Position numbers and translations under genes: made by a program. 64,000 bases of DNA from Clostridia bacterium (lineage in GTDB: Bacteria > Bacillota > Clostridia > TANB77 > CAG-465), in contig JAZTYX010000054.1 in assembly GCA_045637095.1 (NCBI GenBank), positions 1,373 to 65,372 of the forward strand, given 5' to 3'. Positions 59,171-64,000 of the stretch are shown here, piece by piece. The notes beneath the pieces were generated by a model. It had not been told where the DNA came from. It searched no databases and worked only from the letters and a program-made list of their open reading frames with translations. The stretch's first letter is position 1; every line of letters begins with the position of its first letter.

Positions 59171-59260
59171 AAGTGATATAATATTAATATCATCAATTTT
59201 TGATGGTCAACGTTAATATGTTTGAAAAAATAAAAAACAACAAAATTTTGGAGGTTTAAA

Positions 59261-59596
59261 ATGAAAGAGGTAAAAACAGTAAAGACATTGGCAGAGAAAC
59301 GGTTAGCATTTGCTGATCAGGAAAACTATGGTGACAAGTACATCAGCGGTACTTATGATCTCATCGCAGATCTGTACGAGATGAAAGTGGCACCTAAGTT
59401 TAAACTTGAAAAGATCTTCGCAACGCTCAATTTGCTTACTCTTAAAGAGGAGCTTATTATCAGATACTATTATGGTATCGATAGAATCAAATCAACAGTT
59501 GAAGAGATCGCAGAAAAGTTTAACATCTCTGTAGCAACAGCTAAGAGAATCCTCACAAACGGCAAAAAGCAGTTCATGGTAAACATGGCAGCTTAA
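59261..59596 (+). CDS. Stand-alone sigma-70 region 4-like HTH protein
   Basis: LTLKEELIIRYYYG...TVEEIAEKFNIS; GGAGGT RBS; TTGAAA-N17-TATAAT promoter overlapping clpC end. Confidence 0.75.
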   Translation: MKEVKTVKTLAEKRLAFADQENYGDKYISGTYDLIADLYEMKVAPKFKLEKIFATLNLLTLKEELIIRYYYGIDRIKSTVEEIAEKFNISVATAKRILTNGKKQFMVNMAA

Positions 59597-59606
59597 GCAT
59601 TAACGG

Positions 59607-59640
59607 AAAGAGCATCGGTTAGAACCGGTGCTCTTCTTAT
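59607..59640. terminator. Bidirectional terminator
   Basis: AAGAGCATCGGT/ACCGGTGCTCTT. Confidence 0.75.
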
Positions 59641-59658
59641 TATATTTATTTAAATTTG

Positions 59659-60888
59659 TTATTCGACATCTTCGTCTATTCCTGAGTCACTTAAAGTAGG
59701 TAGCATATCATAAAATGCCACTTCGTCAGAAACAGGTAACGCTTCGACATTTTTTAATTTTCTTTCAATAGTACGAGTTTTTCTTGTTGCATCAGACATT
59801 GTATTAGATATTTCAACAAGCTTTTTATTTGTCTTTTCTAGTAAATCACCAAACTTAGTAAATTCTGTTTTAACTACTCCAAGTAATTCCCAAACTTCAC
59901 TAGAGCGTTTTTCTATAGCTAAAGTTCTAAATCCCATTTGTAAGCTGTTAAGTAATGCAACAAATGTAGAAGGACCAGATATAACAACTCTAAATTTTTG
60001 TGTTAAAGTTTCGCATAAATCTGTGTTTCTAATTACTTCACAGTATAAACTTTCAGTAGGTAAGAACATTATACCAAAGTCTGTTGTATATGGTGGATCA
60101 AGATATTTTTCATTTATATCCTTAGCACACTTTTTAATTTGCATTTCTAGTTTCTTTCTAGATTCATCAATAAGTTCTAAATCTCCAGCTTCTTCAGCTG
60201 CTACAAGTCTTGAGTAATCTTCTATAGGGAATTTAGAGTCTACTGGTAAAAGTACAGTATCTATATTGTTTTTACCAGGAAGTTTGATTGCAAATTCTAC
60301 AAAGTCATTAGATTTAGCTTTTGTTTTAACATTTGTTAAATATTGTTCTGGAGTTAAGAATTGTTCAAGTATATTTGATAGTTGTATTTCACCCCAGTAA
60401 CCACGAGCTTTAACATTAGTGAACACATTTTTAAGATCTCCAACGCCTTTAGCTAAGCTTTGCATTTCGCCTAATCCTTTTTGAACAGATTCTAGGTTGT
60501 TACTTACTATTTTGAAAGATTCACTAAGTCTTTTTTCTAGAGTAGATTGAAGTTTTTCATCTACAGTAAGTCTCATTTTTTCTAGTTTTTCACCATTATC
60601 TCTTTGAATAGATGTAAGTCTATCTTCAACAGATTTACGAATGTTTTCCAGTTTAGTTTCATTTAGTTGAGTAAGATTTGTAATCGCATTTTGTTGTATA
60701 GTTGTATTATCTACAATTTTACCACCAATTGTGTTAGTAATATCATCGCGAGTATTTTTTAGGCTTAACTCAATAACCTTTTTAAAATCTTCTAAATCAT
60801 TCTTTTTGTTTTTCTTTAATAGCAGCATGCAAAGTAGCACAATTACTAGTAAAAGAACAGCTATAATAGCTATTAATGTTGTATTCAT
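59659..60888 (-). CDS. rmuC: DNA recombination protein RmuC
   Basis: ARGYWGEIQL, LPVDSKFP, TTDFGIMFLPTESLY. Confidence 0.93.
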   Translation of the reverse strand: MNTTLIAIIAVLLLVIVLLCMLLLKKNKKNDLEDFKKVIELSLKNTRDDITNTIGGKIVDNTTIQQNAITNLTQLNETKLENIRKSVEDRLTSIQRDNGEKLEKMRLTVDEKLQSTLEKRLSESFKIVSNNLESVQKGLGEMQSLAKGVGDLKNVFTNVKARGYWGEIQLSNILEQFLTPEQYLTNVKTKAKSNDFVEFAIKLPGKNNIDTVLLPVDSKFPIEDYSRLVAAEEAGDLELIDESRKKLEMQIKKCAKDINEKYLDPPYTTDFGIMFLPTESLYCEVIRNTDLCETLTQKFRVVISGPSTFVALLNSLQMGFRTLAIEKRSSEVWELLGVVKTEFTKFGDLLEKTNKKLVEISNTMSDATRKTRTIERKLKNVEALPVSDEVAFYDMLPTLSDSGIDEDVE

Positions 60889-61034
60889 ATATTCACTCCC
60901 TTAATGGAATTTAGTATATCATACAAAACATTTGTTTGTCAATTAGAAGCGAGTAAGATATATAAATTTGTTAATCTTTGTTGATACCAACATTTTTTTG
61001 TGATATTCTTAACCATACATAAGGGTGAAAAAAT

Positions 61035-62195
61035 ATGAATAATAAAAAAGAAACAATTATGATTATGGTCATGATATTTCTTGCTACAATAATCGTAAGA
61101 GTATATTGTTTTCCGTTATTATCTGGGGACTATGTTAATTTCTTAGAGCCTTGGGTAGAAGAAATAAGGGAGAAAGGTGGATTTGCGGCACTTAAAGAAC
61201 CACTAGGCAACTATAACATACCATATATAATAATATTAATTTTAATATCGTACTTAAAGTGCGAACCGCTAATACCGATAAAAATAGTATCAATTATTTT
61301 TGATTTTGTATGTGCATTTGCAACATACAAGATAGTAAATAAAATAACTGGTAATAAAAATACAGCAATGGCATTTTCTGTTTTGATTTTATGGCTGCCA
61401 ACAGTTATTATGAATGGGGCACTTTGGGGACAATGTGATAGTATTTATGGGGCATTCGTACTTCTTGCAATATATTACTTAATGGAAAATAAAAATATAA
61501 AAGCTTTTGTAATGTTAGGTTTAGCATTTGCATTTAAGTTACAAGCCGTGTTTATACTTCCGTTGTTTGTACTTCTATTGTTTAGAAATAAAGATGTGAA
61601 ATGGTATTATTTCTTTATACCAATAGGTATAGTGCTATTAGCAGGAATGCCTGCAGTAATAGCTGGGCAAAGTATAACTAGTGTTCTTGGAATATATGGT
61701 GGACAGGTAGAAACATATAACGCATTAACAGCAAATTTCCCAAATATCTATTCAATAATAATTAAGTTCCCGTTTGCAGAAGAATACAATGGACTTATAA
61801 CAATAATAGGAATACTAGTAACTATGCTTGTATATTTTGCAATGTGGCTTGTAGTATTAATTAAGAAGGTAAATTTTGATGAAAAGAAAATACTTCTTGT
61901 TGGACTATGGAGTATAATAATTGCAACATTCTTGTTGCCAAGAATGCATGATAGATATATGTATATAGCAGATATTTTAAGTGTAATTTGGCTTGTGGTA
62001 AATAATAAAAACAAATTATTACCACTTATGATTAATTTAACATCAACAATAACATATCTAGGATTTTTATTCTTTGGAGAAGGAGATTATAGTGCGTGGG
62101 CTTTAATATATACTTTAACAGTAATAGAATTTACTGTGTATGTATTTAGAGTATTACTGGATAAGAAAAAGCTTGATGAAGTAGTTAAAGAATAA
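61035..62195 (+). CDS. GT-C membrane glycosyltransferase (GT87/Gpi18-like mannosyltransferase)
   Basis: NYNIPY, WGQCDSI, FKLQA, LPRMHDRY; multi-TM. Confidence 0.8.
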   Translation: MNNKKETIMIMVMIFLATIIVRVYCFPLLSGDYVNFLEPWVEEIREKGGFAALKEPLGNYNIPYIIILILISYLKCEPLIPIKIVSIIFDFVCAFATYKIVNKITGNKNTAMAFSVLILWLPTVIMNGALWGQCDSIYGAFVLLAIYYLMENKNIKAFVMLGLAFAFKLQAVFILPLFVLLLFRNKDVKWYYFFIPIGIVLLAGMPAVIAGQSITSVLGIYGGQVETYNALTANFPNIYSIIIKFPFAEEYNGLITIIGILVTMLVYFAMWLVVLIKKVNFDEKKILLVGLWSIIIATFLLPRMHDRYMYIADILSVIWLVVNNKNKLLPLMINLTSTITYLGFLFFGEGDYSAWALIYTLTVIEFTVYVFRVLLDKKKLDEVVKE

Positions 62196-62291
62196 TATAA
62201 AATGGAAAGTGTATAAACGCTATTGCTTTTATACACTTTCTTTGATATTATAATCATACAAGTTTAGACTTGTACAAGGGAGGAAAATAAA

Positions 62292-62801
62292 ATGTCTAAA
62301 AAGAAAATAGCAATAATTGCAGTAGCAGTTGTAGTAGTTATAGCTGCAGTAGTAGCAGCAGTTCTTTTAATGCCTAAAAAAGTAGCAAACGTTGAAGGTA
62401 CATTAGAAGAAATAATGGCTAAAGTTTATGCTGGATTTGGTGAAGATGAACTTCCAATGTTAGGAGATATGCCTGTTGATGTAACAGATCCTGACGCAGT
62501 TTCTTATTATTTAGGTACATCAGAACTTTCAATAAAAGAAGCTTTAGTTCGTGAACCAATGATGGGTTCTATACCACACTCAGTAGTTTTAGTAAGATTA
62601 AATGATGCTAATGATGCTGAAGATGCAGTTGCAAAAATAAAAGCAAATGCAAATCCAAGAAAATGGATATGTGTAGAAGCTAAAAATGTAGTTGTAGATA
62701 ATATAGGAGATCTAGTTATATTAATAATGGTTGACTCTGAAGGACAAACTACACCAGAGATAGCACCAAAATTAACAGCTAATTTTGGAGGCTTAAAATA
62801 G
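62292..62801 (+). CDS. Membrane-anchored DUF4358-like protein
   Basis: N-terminal anchor; PMMGSIPHSVVLVR, NPRKWICV; precedes MBOAT. Confidence 0.6.
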   Translation: MSKKKIAIIAVAVVVVIAAVVAAVLLMPKKVANVEGTLEEIMAKVYAGFGEDELPMLGDMPVDVTDPDAVSYYLGTSELSIKEALVREPMMGSIPHSVVLVRLNDANDAEDAVAKIKANANPRKWICVEAKNVVVDNIGDLVILIMVDSEGQTTPEIAPKLTANFGGLK

Positions 62802-62802
62802 G

Positions 62803-64000
62803 ATGGTATTTTCAAGTATAACATTCTTATACTTTTTTTTACCAATACTACTTATAGTATATTATATAGTTCCAAAGAAATATAGAAACTTAGTATTATT
62901 AATATTTAGCCTGTTATTCTATTTTTATGGTGAAAGTAATATAGTACTTGTTGCTTCTTTAGCAATGAATTATTTCTTTGGAATTTTTATAAGTAAAGAA
63001 AAGGAAAAAGAAAAGAACAAACAAAAAAACAGAGCAAAACTTTATTTAACACTTGGTGTAATAGCTAATGCAGCACTGCTTGGATATTATAAATACATGA
63101 ACTTCTTTATAGACAATATAAATGGAATATTTGGTGGAGATATAAAGAATCTAAATATAATTCTTCCTTTAGGAATAAGCTTCTTTACATTTCAAAATAT
63201 AAGCTACTTAGTAGATGTATATCGTGGAGAGGTAGAAGCACCAAAGAGTGTAATAAAATATGGAACATATATAACACTTTTCCCACAACTTATAGCTGGA
63301 CCAATAGTTAGATATAAAGATGTGGCAGAAGCGGTAGATAATAGAAAAGAGTCATGGGAACAATTTGGATATGGAGTATATAGATTTTGTATCGGTATGG
63401 CAAAGAAAATATTAGTAGCAAATGCTATGGGTGAACTTGCAACAACACTAGCAGGAATGGGAACAAAAACAGTTCTATCATACATAGTAGAAGCACTATG
63501 CTATACATTACAAATATACTTTGATTTCTCGGGTTATAGTGATATGGCAATAGGTCTTGGTTCAATGTTTGGATTTAGATTCAAAGAAAACTTTGACCAC
63601 CCATTATTTGCAACAAGCATAACAGAATTCTGGAGAAGATGGCATATGTCTTTAACATCATTCTTTAGAGATTATATATATATACCTTTAGGTGGTAATA
63701 GAGTATCTAAATTAAAATGGTATAGAAATTTATTAGTAGTATGGCTACTTACAGGTTTCTGGCATGGAGCTAGCTGGAACTTTGTATTATGGGGATTATA
63801 CTGTTTTGCATTCTTAATGTTAGAAAAGAACTTCTTACATAAGTTCCTTAAAAAAGGAGTATTATCTCATTTATATACAATAATAGTAACAATGGTTGGC
63901 TTTGTAATATTTAATATGCCAGATCTACCAGCAGTAGGAAACTACATTAAATGTATGTTTGGTTTTGGCGGACTTAAGTTTGCTAACTTTGAAACGTTGT
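62803..64000 (+). CDS. MBOAT family O-acyltransferase (AlgI/PatA/DltB-like), truncated by window end; missed by ORF track
   Basis: MVFSSITFLYFFLP, LPLGISFFTFQ, FPQLIAGPIVRY, FDFSGYSDMAIG, FWRRWHMSL, GFWHGA. Confidence 0.93.
   Translation, partial: MVFSSITFLYFFLPILLIVYYIVPKKYRNLVLLIFSLLFYFYGESNIVLVASLAMNYFFGIFISKEKEKEKNKQKNRAKLYLTLGVIANAALLGYYKYMNFFIDNINGIFGGDIKNLNIILPLGISFFTFQNISYLVDVYRGEVEAPKSVIKYGTYITLFPQLIAGPIVRYKDVAEAVDNRKESWEQFGYGVYRFCIGMAKKILVANAMGELATTLAGMGTKTVLSYIVEALCYTLQIYFDFSGYSDMAIGLGSMFGFRFKENFDHPLFATSITEFWRRWHMSLTSFFRDYIYIPLGGNRVSKLKWYRNLLVVWLLTGFWHGASWNFVLWGLYCFAFLMLEKNFLHKFLKKGVLSHLYTIIVTMVGFVIFNMPDLPAVGNYIKCMFGFGGLKFANFETL

Noticed and set aside
61035-64000. GT-C, DUF4358-like and MBOAT cluster as a novel system
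   Set aside because: Matches common Firmicutes cell-wall polymer glycosylation/O-acylation loci; truncated by the window edge

Overview
AT-rich (roughly 30% GC by eye), strongly + strand-biased chromosomal segment of a spore-forming Clostridia-type bacterium (gpr, spoVD-like PBP, Spo0A boxes). The many E5-less pilin-like genes suggest a TANB77-like uncultured lineage, which is inference only. The core backbone is tRNA-Arg(UCU), rpsO, a Ca-type P-ATPase, trxA, smc, trmFO-holA, gpr, rimP-nusA-ylxR-infB-rbfA-nrnA-truB, galE, the dcw cluster (mraZ to DUF1290), a split clpC, rmuC and a GT-C/DUF4358/MBOAT envelope cluster. Orphan single-gene units are inserted between these. No CRISPR array, rRNA, transposase, integrase or reverse transcriptase was seen. 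Best leads: (1) two sibling ~100-nt minus-strand sRNA candidates (24930-25025, 25678-25781) with identical Spo0A-box-N21-(-10)-N6-G geometry, a 5' hairpin, three anti-Shine-Dalgarno tracts and a terminator; (2) clpC broken by one extra C exactly in the NBD2 Walker A (ACA-C-GGT), a possible +1 recoding site; (3) an ADP-ribosyltransferase-like gene overlapping a small partner gene; (4) dispersed pilins with a variable C-terminal lectin-like domain; (5) a catalytically dead PLD-nuclease-like gene leading smc; (6) an AAACNAAAGA repeat motif shared by two long spacers. All product calls come from motif recognition, not database searches.
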